Shown here: positions 37,320 through 48,176 of the stretch, piece by piece | Numbering within the stretch: the first letter of the stretch is position 1 | How the letters are laid out: each line of letters begins with the position of its first letter | Assembly: GCA_017654855.1 (NCBI GenBank) | Contig: CM030333.1 | Coordinates: forward strand, 124,001 to 188,000 | From: Podospora anserina | Taxonomy: Eukaryota | Direction of reading: 5' to 3' | DNA: 64,000 nucleotides | Notes under the pieces: generated by a model | The model's database searches: none | Told to the model about the DNA's origin: nothing | Seen by the model: the letters and a program-made list of their open reading frames with translations, nothing else | Position numbers and translations under genes: made by a program

Positions 37320-37766
37320 TCACACTGCCTTGTTACCCAGTTCCCTATCTTTCTCTCCCTTATTCGCCATCTCATTCAGAACCTTCTCGGCCACTTTCAT
37401 GGCATCCACCCCGGCCGGCACACCACAGTAAGTCGTGCAGTGTAGAATGGCCTCCCTGATTTCCACCTCAGTCAAGCCGTTGTTTCTTGCACCACGAATA
37501 TGCACAGCCAGTTCGGGGGCTCGGTTCAACGCCATGAGCATGCCAATATTGAGTAGTGACCTCTGTTTCCTCGTTAAGCCATCGCGTGTCCAAGCCCAGC
37601 CCCAGCACCACTCCGTGACGAGCTCTTGTCCGGGACGGGAAAATTCGGTCGATCCGTTTGCCAGGGCGTTCTCAACATATTCGGTTCCGACTACTTCGCG
37701 TCGCACCTTCAAGCCTTCTTCAAAGAGCTGTCGATGGAGGGGAGCTAACTTGGGGTCGGTCGACAT
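37320..37766 (-). CDS. Carboxymuconolactone decarboxylase (PcaC/AhpD) family protein, single domain
   Basis: [10 protein letters not shown]...[19 protein letters not shown]...[13 protein letters not shown]...[15 protein letters not shown]. Start MSTDPK at 37766. Confidence 0.9.
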   Translation of the reverse strand: MSTDPKLAPLHRQLFEEGLKVRREVVGTEYVENALANGSTEFSRPGQELVTEWCWGWAWTRDGLTRKQRSLLNIGMLMALNRAPELAVHIRGARNNGLTEVEIREAILHCTTYCGVPAGVDAMKVAEKVLNEMANKGEKDRELGNKAV

Positions 37767-38195
37767 CTTGCAACCGATACTGGCGTAGATTTGGAGGTGG
37801 AAAGGCAAGAGGCAATAAGTCAAGGGGAATTGATAGCAAGACGAAGGAATAGAGTAATGAAAGGGATGCCGAGAAATTGCAAGCATTATCAAAACTTCAA
37901 GTGAGGGGGGAAGGTGCAGTCCTTTTCCAAGACTCGGAGTTACTTTTTATGCCCGAGTGGGGGTCATTCAGCAGTGAACCGCACCATTTTAAACTCATAC
38001 CTGGACATGTAATACCGCAAGGTACAAAGTATCAGAGTAAATGTGTATCGCACACGTGCATTTATTTTACATGGACATTTCACGGTATATCAATAAGAAC
38101 TACCTAATCAATGGCTGAAAAGGAAAGCAGCAAAAACACTCGGTAATCGGTTCCGAACCTGAAATAATATGCAACCGTCATCAGATCTGTCACCC

Positions 38196-39113
38196 TCAAA
38201 TTGTTCCCTTCTGCGCATTCAACTCCAAAATGATAGGTGCAGCGACATGAGCGGTGTGCAAGCTCAAAAGTGTGGCAATCTCGAACACTTCCAAAATCTC
38301 ATGAGGAGTAGCACCGTATCCCAAAGCATTTCTGATGTGTAGTTTCAGACCTGGCCTAGTTAGGACTTGTTAGTAGGTGTCAGGTTCCTGAAGCTAACAC
38401 TTGACCTACTTGTACAAATGTGTCGAAGCGCAGTCAAAAGCGCAGTATACTAGCTCCTTCACCTATCGTATTGCCGTGTCACTACCAACTTCTTCAGGGG
38501 GGTGCCTGTTCAGCATGCGATAAGTACTAACCTTTGGCTCCAAGGCACCTCCTACCTTTCCATCCACTTCTTTAGTCCAGGGCACCGCCGAGAACTCCAG
38601 GTATGACTCGAAAAAGTCTGCATCTAGCCTCAGAAAGTCCTCCCAAAATGTATGCCAGTATCCTCTTTTAGTGGTAAACTCTTCCTTCAGCTTCTCCTGT
38701 CTTTGATCAAACTCTTTTGTTGTCTCGGCGACATGCAGCCCCTCTTCCTTGAGCACCTCCACCAACAGAGGGACTCCAATGTTACAAGCATGAATCCCCA
38801 GCGTGCTGCTCAATTCAATAACTTCGACAACCTCGGCTATTGAGGCCCCCTCTTTCAAAGCGGCTGCAACATTGGTTCTGATGCCAGGAGTAAACAGGTG
38901 AGTTGCTGCACTATCGACTGCCAAGCCTATCAAAGCTTGGTTCTTGGAGGACAAGTGAAGATTCTTTCTCGGGACTGAAGCAAGAGACACACTTGCGTTG
39001 AAGAAGGACGGCGAAAGGGCTAGAAGGGATTCCCAGCCCTCATGGAAATGGGCAGGCCCCAGAAGTGCATTAAAGCGATCTCTAGCCGCTTGTTGCTGGG
39101 CCTGGCGAGACAT
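38196..39113 (-). CDS. Tandem-domain CMD/AhpD-like protein, 3 exons
   Basis: Two repeats: LSSKNQALIGLAVDSAATHLF..G and LEPKVKELVYCAFDCASTHLY.PG...GATPHEILEV. The last two exons were read manually; stop at 38198-38196. Confidence 0.85.
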
Positions 39114-39422
39114 GATGTTGGCAATCAAGTATGCTGGATCCTTGAAATCGCAGATTGAACGAGGTAAGGAAGTTGGAGAAAATTCGCGGTTCAAAGATAG
39201 CTAATCATTATCTCAAGGGTCGGACAAATAACTAAGTCCCGGGCCCCTTCATAGGTACTTTGGGATCGGCAGAGCACAGGACGGACACTGAACTGCCGTC
39301 GCCTAAACACCCCCCACGCAGACTGCATAGCCGATGTCATTTCAGTCCTGTTGATACCCATGGTTTCATGGTGCGGGGACTACTGCAAGGCGGGATGGTC
39401 TCAATGCCATGAAGGGGTATGA

Positions 39423-40430
39423 TCAGGCTCCCCAAAACCGCAGCGGGTTTCTTTTCTCCCACTCTTCATCGTGTGCGAAAATGATCTCGACCCCCTTTGC
39501 CTCCAGCCCCCTGATCATCTCAATAGTCTCCTCGGCTTTCGCCCGGTCATGATGAATACAGCAACTCCTGCCATTCTCGTCTGTCCACTCGCCTATCTCC
39601 TTGTCTTTGCGCAAGATCCGCCGATCATGGCAGGAGTCAGCGGCAAGATAAACCCAGCCGCTCTCTGTTCGAGCAAGAAGATTGTATGTCCTGGTAAGTG
39701 ACCTGGCGCATCCACGAGATAGAGACAGCCGCCGTTGAAAACATCGAGAGCTTTCGGGATCTTAGTGACGGAATTGGCTGCCATTGTGTCCAGTTGGGTG
39801 TCAGATTCTGGATTTCGTGCTTCCCGGCCTCACTGCTACTTTGGTGAGATATATTAGGGTCAGATAGCTCGATTGTTCTACCGGCAGGTAGCAAATCTGC
39901 CTCGAAGAAAGAGTGGCTGCCCCTAAGAGAAGCCGAAGAGGTCCCGGAAAGCACAGCGGCTGAACCGTGACCAATGACGAATTACGAACTTGCAAAATCA
40001 GGCGGGTAGCCAATGTGGTCCCAGTGTACCTGCTCATGGTTGGGGTAAGATGGATATCCAAGCTGGGGGTGATGGTGGATGAATAATATTGGAGCACACA
40101 CGTATGACAGAACAACAAAGTGAATTTCATTCGGCCTTAAGCCCCCCTTTTGTAAACTCTTCGTCACATCGGGGTTCGTAGACATGGGCTGCCGAGTTTG
40201 ATGTGTTGACGAATTTGCTCCGAGTATAAAGAGGGATCCCGTCTTACCCCCAAGTCGAAGAGAATATTGGTCGTGGCTCTCCTGATGGATGGCGTGTGTT
40301 GTACCAAAAAGCATAGAGAAGGAACCATCTTTCGGCTTCCAGGTGACGGGTATGGTTCGATAAAATAATCCTCCAGCAGGCAGAAATGGCCTGTAGAGAG
40401 GGCATGAACACAAACTGTACCTGTAGCCAT
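39423..40430 (-). pseudogene. Disrupted second MBL-fold lactonase
   Basis: Homologous blocks (ILFDLG, SY|VHWDH, DAPGHLPGH, AADSCHD, FAHD) are spread over several frames. Frameshift near 40197, in-frame TAA at 39984-39982, more shifts near 39770 and 39690. Confidence 0.85.
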
Positions 40431-40619
40431 ACTGGGAAACTGGTGCACAAAGCAGGTAGGTACCTCAGACAGAAACGTATCTACCTTAGGTATATATAGG
40501 AAAGAGAGCAACCCCTCCTGGGTGGCCGGCAACTTCTTCCCCGCATAGCCTTTCTCTTGGTCGGCACCCGGCCAGTTTCCGCGTCCGCGTTGTTATCCTG
40601 CTCAGCATCATCTCCCACC

Positions 40620-41773
40620 ATGTCATCCGCAGAATATCACAGCATCATAGCGTTTATCGGGCTTGGCGCTATGGGCAAGCCAATGGTAGCCAACCTGGCA
40701 GCCAATCTAGTTCGACGAGGCATTGTCATACGGGCTTATGATATTGCGGATGGGCCTGCACAGGAGCTCCAAACCAATTTTCCAGATGTCATTCGGGAAG
40801 CAAGCAGTGCGAAAACAGCTGTGTCGGATGCTGTAAGTGCGATCTAACGCCATTATCACCTTGCTCCGTTTGTTTGCTGTTGTTGACAACCAGGGGGCTT
40901 GCTTCCCAAGACTGTGGTATTCACGATGCTCCCGGAAAGCAGCCACGTGAGATCCGTCTATCTTGACCCAGACAGCGGTATTGCCAGCACCCTGGGTCCA
41001 GACAGTGCCAAAATACTCATCGACTGCTCAACCATCGATACCGCAACCTCTTTGCATGTGAAGTCTGAAGTTTCCAAGATCGCACCCCGCAGTTTCTTCT
41101 ACGACTGCCCGGTATCTGGTTAGTTGGCGCCCCATGTTCATGCTGGTATTAGACGCTGACCCCTAGTCAAGGAGGCGTGCTAGGTAGGGCCAATCTTCTT
41201 TTCAAATGAGTGCTCGCAAGGAAGTTCTCACGCGTACAGCAAATAGGGGCAGTCAAAGGCACAATAGCCTTCTTCATGGGCTGTTCGCCTGCAGACACCA
41301 ACCTATCTTGTCTCAAGGACCTGCTACTGAAAATGGGCAGCCAAGCCATACCATGTGGTGGTCCATCTCTGGGGCTAGCCGCAAAGCTGTCCAACAACTA
41401 CCTCTCTGGCATCATCACCATCGCCACTTCAGAAGCCATGGACATGGGCATGCGAGCCGGTATCGACCGCACGATACTTGCGTCTGTGTTCGCGTCTGGG
41501 ACGGCACAGAACCGGCAATGTGATGTGTTTAACCCTGTTCCGAATGTCTGTCCACAGGCACCCTCGTCCAATGGCTACCGTGGCGGATTCAGGGTGGAGC
41601 TGATGAAGAAAGACATGGGACTGGCAATCGCCATGGCGCGGCAGGTGGGTGCCAAGAATGTCCTCGGTGTGTCTGGTTTGGGTGTCTATACAGCTGCCAG
41701 CGCGGCCGAGGACTGCATGGGCTTGGACTCCAGAGTGGTGTACAGGTATCTAGGAGGGAAAGAAAGCTCTTGA
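40620..41773 (+). CDS. 3-hydroxyisobutyrate/3-hydroxyacid dehydrogenase family protein (paralog 2), 4 exons including a 12-nt microexon
   Basis: Has AFIGLGAMGKPM, TMLPE, IDCSTID, DCPVSG|GVL|GAVKG and AAKLSNN. Confidence 0.88.
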
Positions 41774-42143
41774 ACCGTGCGAGCTGCTTGTGAGCAAGGG
41801 AAACATGATATTGAATGAAAACGCCAACCATGCTTAGTATTCTCAAGTATCTCCGCCATGCTATGTATGCGACTGATGCGATGCTATCTAATCTCGCGAG
41901 TTTTGTAGGCAAAAATGATCATGAAAAGAAAAAAGAAAAAAGAACAACAAAACCCGAGATATCCGAAACCCCATGCCAACCTCCCATCATCCCTACCGTG
42001 GCCATTATCATGCATTTCATATCAATCTGTATGCATGCCTGTGCCGCATATTTATCGTTCTGACAAATAACAAAGGGAAAATTCGAGATGAAAAAAAGAA
42101 AAGGGGTAATAACAAAGGAGAATGTCATACACTTTCATCATAA

Positions 42144-42674
42144 TCATATTCTGCCCCATCCTTGCGCGCGTCCAGAGCCTCCAAGCCTTGGTCTAGATTG
42201 CCGGGAAATGGTCGATTTCGTCGTCCCTTTGATGTTCTTGAACTTTAGATAGCCCAGAACATGCCAGTTGTTCATCCAGGCCCATCGCCGTGAACCCCTG
42301 ACCAGCGTCTTGGTCTGGCTGGTAACACGGGGGAGGCGGAGTACCAAGGCCGGGGTGACGTAGTGTTGTAGGAAAGCCCAGAAAAAGAGGATCTGGAATG
42401 TGAGGCAGGTGAGGAAGGTCCAGTCGATCTCGTCGCCTGGGTGGGTGTCGTCAGAGCCAGAAGGGCCAAAGAGGAAGGCGAGGCCTATGAGCAAAGGGAA
42501 GGATTCGACAAAGGAGATGGCTCTAGTGTTGGAGGAGGTTGCGGTGGGGGTAGTGATTGTGGTGCCGGTCGTGACCTGGCTGCGTACCTGCACCTCAACC
42601 CTCGAGAGCGTGGCCTGCAAAGGTGGTGTGGGCGCAGAAGGGCGTGACAAAAGTGCGGAGAGGGTTGAGGATAG
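42144..42674 (-). other. Candidate stop-codon readthrough extension (176 aa, two hydrophobic segments) of the 45307..42675 gene
   Basis: Follows TGA-CTA in the same frame with no stop until 42146-42144. C-ending codon bias. No usable upstream ATG of its own. Confidence 0.6.
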
Positions 42675-45307
42675 TCACATGCCACGACCAAAGAGAACCG
42701 GGTAGCGGAAGAGCTTTTTCTTCCAGCCGCCGCCGCTGCCCGAAACTACTGCCGGACTTTGGGATTTGCCTTTGATTGCTGGGGCTTCAGCCTCTGGCTT
42801 AGGCGCCGATGAAGACTCGGCAGCTGGAACTGAAACGGAGACGGGGAGGTTCTTGTTGCTGCTGGAAAACTTGGAGCGCGTCCTTGCGAGTGTGAGGTGG
42901 AGGGACGAAGAGGAACCCCTGCCCATGACGCCGTTCTTGAGGCTCCTGAGGCTCCTCGCTCTGCTGGCCTTCGGGACGACGACTGGAACGGGCTGTGGCT
43001 GCTCAACGGTCGACGCAGCGGGCTCCGACTCCGGCTGCGGCTTCTGCTCAGCCGTTTGGGACTCAGCGGGCCCAACGGTGTCAGCAACGTCGGGAACTTT
43101 GTCGGCGTCCTCCTGGGTCCCTTGGGTGACGGTGTTCTCGACCTCCACTTTTGGAGCGGGCGCAGCTTCAGCGACTTCGGGCTGTATCACAAAACAAAGG
43201 GTTAGCACTAGAGCATCTTGCGGGTGTGGCGTGACGTTGGGACAACGACACCAAAGGAAGAGTGCCGGAAAGAAAAAGAAGAAAAAAAGGGATGTACCTC
43301 TTTGGAAATCGAGGGCCCTTCTTGGGAGAGATGGGTGGCGGGGAAGACTGACTTCTCCATCTGGTCCTTCTTGTCCTCCTCTTTTTGTTCCTGGGTGTCT
43401 TCAGCGACGGAGGCAGAAACCGCCTCGAGGATTTCAGCCGGAAGCTCGAGCTTGCTAGGAAGCGCAATGGCGGGCTTGGGGGAGGGAAGCAAGGCTGACA
43501 GGGCCGGTTGGGAGGCCGTCTCGACCTCATCTTTAGCCGATTCAGAGGCCTCCTCCTTGGCCTCGTCCTTGGGCGAATCGAGCTCGGCCTTATCATTGAT
43601 AGGCGCAGCAACGGAAGGCTTGTTTTGGTCCCGCCCCTGATCATCCCCAGCCTTGGAGGGGGCACTGTCGAGCTCGTTGATCTCGGCCACGGGCAGAACC
43701 TCCTGCAGAGGTGGGGTCAGAGGTACCTCCACCTCGACAACCGCAGGAGTAAGAGCCTCCTTGCCGACGACGGCCTGGTCGTGCTCCGAGGCAGTATCGA
43801 TTTCGGACCAGAACCCCGAATCGGCTTGTCTCAAGGCCGCACGAGGATTGATCTTGGGCTCAAGGGCAGGCACTTTGTCGGAGATCACAATGGGGACCGA
43901 CGAGGTGGGGCCCTCCTGGAGAACTGGGAGAGCTCTGAACTCGCCCGCCGGCTCTGCGTCCATGTCGATGTGCTTGCCTGAGTCGGCGCGCTCGCGCTGC
44001 TTTGCGAGGGTCGGAACAGGGCCAAGCTTTTCAACCTGCTTCTCCTTCTCCTCCTTCTCCTCCTCAAGCACCGGGGCGAGATGGGCCAAGTCTTCAGTGT
44101 GCACTTGTTCGTGCGCCTTCACCTTGATTTCCTCGACCACCTCTCTGAATGCCTCACGGGCCGGCTCCTCATGCTCGACCACAGTTGGCGTCTCCGAGAT
44201 GGGGTCCAGCTCAAACACGGGCTTCGACTGTGCTAGTGGCTCTTCCACCTGCACCTGTTCTGAAGTCTGAACGGGCAAGGCGGGCAGGAAGGGGTCAGAA
44301 GACGCCTCGTTGGGCGAATCATGCTGACCGTCAGTCCCACTCATTTCGTCCTGGGAGGGCCAGGGCACGGCTGTCTTGGTGCTCTTCCTGGAGGACGGCG
44401 TTGGGAATGAGTCCTCCCTGGAGATGGTCCTGGATCTGAGGTCTATGTTGGACATGGGAGTCCCTGGTGCTGGGGGAGGTGATGTCGCCCTCGAGCTGCC
44501 GGGGGTGCTAGGCTGCTGCTGCTGCTGCTGCTGGCTCTGTGGCTGTTGTGGGGCAGCCTGTTGTGATGGGGGTGGAGGCTGCGGCTTGGGGACATAGCTC
44601 TCACAGAATATTTCCAGGACGGTGCGGAGCAGCACCCGGTTGGGAGAAAGGATGTTGCTGATTTGGTCCAGCAGGTCGGATTCTCGGAGGGCCTTGGCGT
44701 CCTTGAGATGAGGACGAATCTTTGCCCTTAAAAAATTCAAAAACCAGTCGTCATTGTCGCAGAGGTTGGGGTGGGCGTCTCTGGCCACCTCCAGCAAGGA
44801 AGGGAGGGGCAGGCCCTCGCCATACCTTTCAATCTTGGCCTCGGCAAGCTTCATGAGGTCTGGGAGGTCGTAGTGTTTCGCGGCGGCGTAGGCCTGGATG
44901 CTGGTCTTGAGCTCGGCAATCTGGCGTGGGAGGTCGTCGGCAGCCTTCGGCTTGAGGGTCTCGTAGGTGCCGGTGTGGAGGTAATGTACAAGAACGTGGC
45001 CAATGTCATCCGAGATCTCTGGGAGCTCGGGAAGGTTATCCTCATAGGCGGCGTGGAGCCTGGGGCTTCTGAGGAGGATGTCCTTGGGCAGCGCCAAGGG
45101 GCTTGCAAAAGGAACTGTGCAGGTGGGGCTTGCGTATGGTCTGCTTAGCCAGGTTATTTATCAGTTGTTTGAAAAGGCAGCGTGAGATATAACAGATATA
45201 TATACAACATACGAAGTCTCGGGACGGGGATCCATGTCGTGCCTGGGGAGAGCAAGCTGGCCGTCGATTCCCTTCCTGGCGGCACCGCTCTTCTTTTTTC
45301 TGGCCAT
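42675..45307 (-). CDS. Hypothetical protein with an N-terminal fungal BTB/POZ-like domain and a long acidic/Pro-rich region, 3 exons
   Basis: MARKKK...RPETS|PYASP...GHVLVHYLHTGTYETL...YAAAKHYDLPDLMKLA. Introns at ~45212-45140 and ~43296-43183. Ends LFGRGM-TGA. Confidence 0.75.
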
Positions 45308-46679
45308 GGCTTCGCTGGTGAGGGTGGATATGGTGGCGAAGAGGAGGGCAACGAGAGTCAAGAGGGCAGCCCGGATGAGACTGGATGGTTCGACAGTGAA
45401 GTGGAGGTCGAGGTTGTAGAGATCAGTCTTCATTGCTCGCCAAAGACTCGACGGGGTTATCTCTTAAGTCTTTGAGCGGTGGAGCCGTGCCGGGGACGAC
45501 TCCATAAGAGTTCCATCTTAATCCTTTACCGCTACTGCAGGGCTAGCTGGGTGCAGCGGCGGCGCATCTCGACTCGCCATTTGCCAGAGTTGGGCCTCAA
45601 CCCACTGCCGGTCCTAGGTGGATTGATGAGCTGTCAGCGAGCCTATCCCCAATCGGAAGCGGGCCCTCCAACCAGGAGCCCCTGTGTAGCCAGTCGCCTT
45701 GATAGGGCTGCTGTCTGGGAACCATGTGAGTCCCCGACGTGGCCTGTCGAACCCAATGTTTCACGGAGAGAGACAGCCTGAGGGGCCACGACGACATGTG
45801 CCGTGTTGGGCAGTCTGGGCCGGTTTGAATGTTGCTGATTTCCAGGTTTGCACATCTGAGCACTGGCTGCGGCGGCATCGCGATTCCGGGGAAACTGGGG
45901 CCCTGATTATCAGCATAACTGTGCAGCGCAGTGCTAGCGCAACTATCATCAATGTCTTGCTGAAGTGCCCCTCACCTCACCTGACGGGGGGAGCCTTTTC
46001 CACTTGAACTCATCTCATCATCGGTCGATTGCACTGGGTTTCTGGGTTTCTGAGTCTCTGGGTCCCGTCTTCGGAGTAGGTATACGGATATCGTCGATTC
46101 AATTCAGGTGGTTGAGGTCGGGTCGTGCCCAACCCAAGTCTTTCTTCCAGGTCCAGCCCGCCAATCAGCAGCGGCTTGCTGGTTGGTGTGTGCGAGGGTT
46201 AGGGTCGGTCCTGATGATCGCAGGGCAATTGGGGAATTTGGGGATTCAATTGGGCATTGAGGCTGCCCTCTATTTCGTTGCTGCTGTGCATGCGATGGAT
46301 GCGTTGTCGCAGGGTTCGTGCATGGTGCATCAGGACCCAACCAGACCCTGGCAAAGTCAACGGCCGGTCTCCATTGTCTCCTCTCTCTCTTTGCTCGCTC
46401 AAACTCGAGTTGTCCTTCACCATTGGCATTGGCCATTGATAGGCGTGGGTGGCGGTTCTGATGGCTCTGGGGGCTCCACTGGGTTGCGTACCTCTCTCGA
46501 TTTTAATTGACTTTGATTTTTAGTTTTTTTTTACGCGGGGTTGTCGCGTGCTTTCGTGTTTCGTTCCGTCAATTCTTCCTCCCACCTCCCAGTGTGCCAG
46601 TTCACCGCCCATCTGCCTATCACCAAAGAACCAACCGTCCTCGATTCGATCGCCTCCCGACCTGCATCAGCCAATTGCA

Positions 46680-47793
46680 ATGGCTGCCCCTCGTCGCATC
46701 GTCTTCCACGAAGACCTGAAAAAGGACTTTCCCAAAATGATACCCAAACACTGCGAGGTCTGCAGACAGCCTCATGCGCTGCTCTGGCTGCAGCGTCTAC
46801 TCACTACTGCACGCGCGACTATCAGACCCTCGACTGGCCAACCCACAAACCCACCTGCAAGCAAATCAGCGCCAAGCCCAAGGGGGTCCAGGCCGAGGAG
46901 ACAAGATTCGTGCTCGCAGGGGGCTGCTCCCATTGGACGACCCCAACGTCAATGGTGTCTTCTGGCGCCATGTCCACCTCCGTCCCTATCTCCAGGCGAA
47001 GTTCCTCTATGGCGAATTACTGGTCCGCTCATGGCGCCGCCAGGGAGTCGAGGACTCGCTGAAGCAGTATCTCGACATTCTCCACCGCAATCGCCCCGAT
47101 AACCAGGGCGCTCGAGACTCGGTTCCGGGCTTGTTCATCCGTTTTGACCAGGACCAAGAAGCTTATGATCTCATCTACTGGCGGGCGCAGGACGGCCCAA
47201 AAGGGCTTTGACTGGGCCGACCTCTCCCAGCCCTTTCTGGACAACAAGAATGTCGACGCCACCGGGCATGTCGACTTGTGGTGCCCCTGCTTTCTCCAGC
47301 TCACGCCCGTCGTGACCCTCTACCTAATCAAGTTTCACCTGCTCCAAAACCTCAAAGGGATCATGCGCCTGCGGGAGACCACACCCCCCGGCAGTCCTAC
47401 CCCGACAGTCCTACCCCGACAAGAGACGAGATCCTGTCCGTCCTCAAGGGCAAGTACCAGTGCGCAGGCAACGTGGTGGACAACCAACCCGTTGTCGACT
47501 TTTACAACAACGAGAGCCTTTTGGCCGAAAAGATGAACCATCTGCTCCAGCAGATGACGCAGCTCTACTACTCTGCAGACGAGGACAACAAACACATATG
47601 GGGGCTGATAACAGATCCCACCGGGGAGGCCTTTTCAGCTCGCCCGGTAACCTACACCCCCGGATCTTGGAACGAGGCCCAGATAGCCTTTGCGCATTTG
47701 TACCCTGCCTGGGCCGAGAGCGTCGCTGCCGTGCCTGCCTTGACCAAGGTCATTGACAATGCAAAGGCTTCTGCCAGGACAATACCGCCATGA
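46680..47793 (+). pseudogene. Frameshifted MYND-zinc-finger family gene
   Basis: CEVC, RCSGC and YCTRDYQ..DW..HK..C lie in three different frames. DNQGARDSVPGLFIRFDQDQEAYD and YTPGSWNEA are also offset; about five shifts in total. Confidence 0.75.
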
Positions 47794-47973
47794 CAAAAGA
47801 GAAGTGGTCGCGTGATGCAGCATATGTAAAGCACCAAGGGGCAAACCCATAGCTAGCTGAGCACAAGTAACAAAACAATCCCCTGTCTGTCGAGGCTGGC
47901 GCGGGGCTGGTGGCGAGGGGCTGGTGGGGGGTTGGGAACAGCGGGGTACCCTAGGGTAAGGGTCCAAAAAAAT

Positions 47974-48054
47974 CGTCGCCTGCAGGATTCGAACCTACGC
48001 TCCCGAAGGAACGCCCTTAGCAGGGGCGCGCGTTAACCACTCCGCCAAAGCGAC
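47974..48054 (-). tRNA. tRNA-Ser(GCT), intronless
   Basis: Reverse complement reads GTCGCTTTGGCGGAGTGGTTAACGCGCGCCCCT-GCT-AAGGGCG, then a long variable arm, GGTTCGAATCC, GGCGACG and an oligo-T terminator. Confidence 0.93.
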
Positions 48055-48176
48055 TTGCAAACAATATTGGAAAGTGGTCACATGTAGCTGCTCACTTCTC
48101 ATCTCGAAGCCTCACAACTGGTTTCCTTTTCCTAGCTTCTAGCAGGTGCATAGTTAGCTAAACTATCAAAATAAAT

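Noticed and set aside
34440-40545. CreA/CRE-1-type SYGGRG sites in cluster promoters
   Set aside because: The degenerate hexamer is too common to be informative without statistics.
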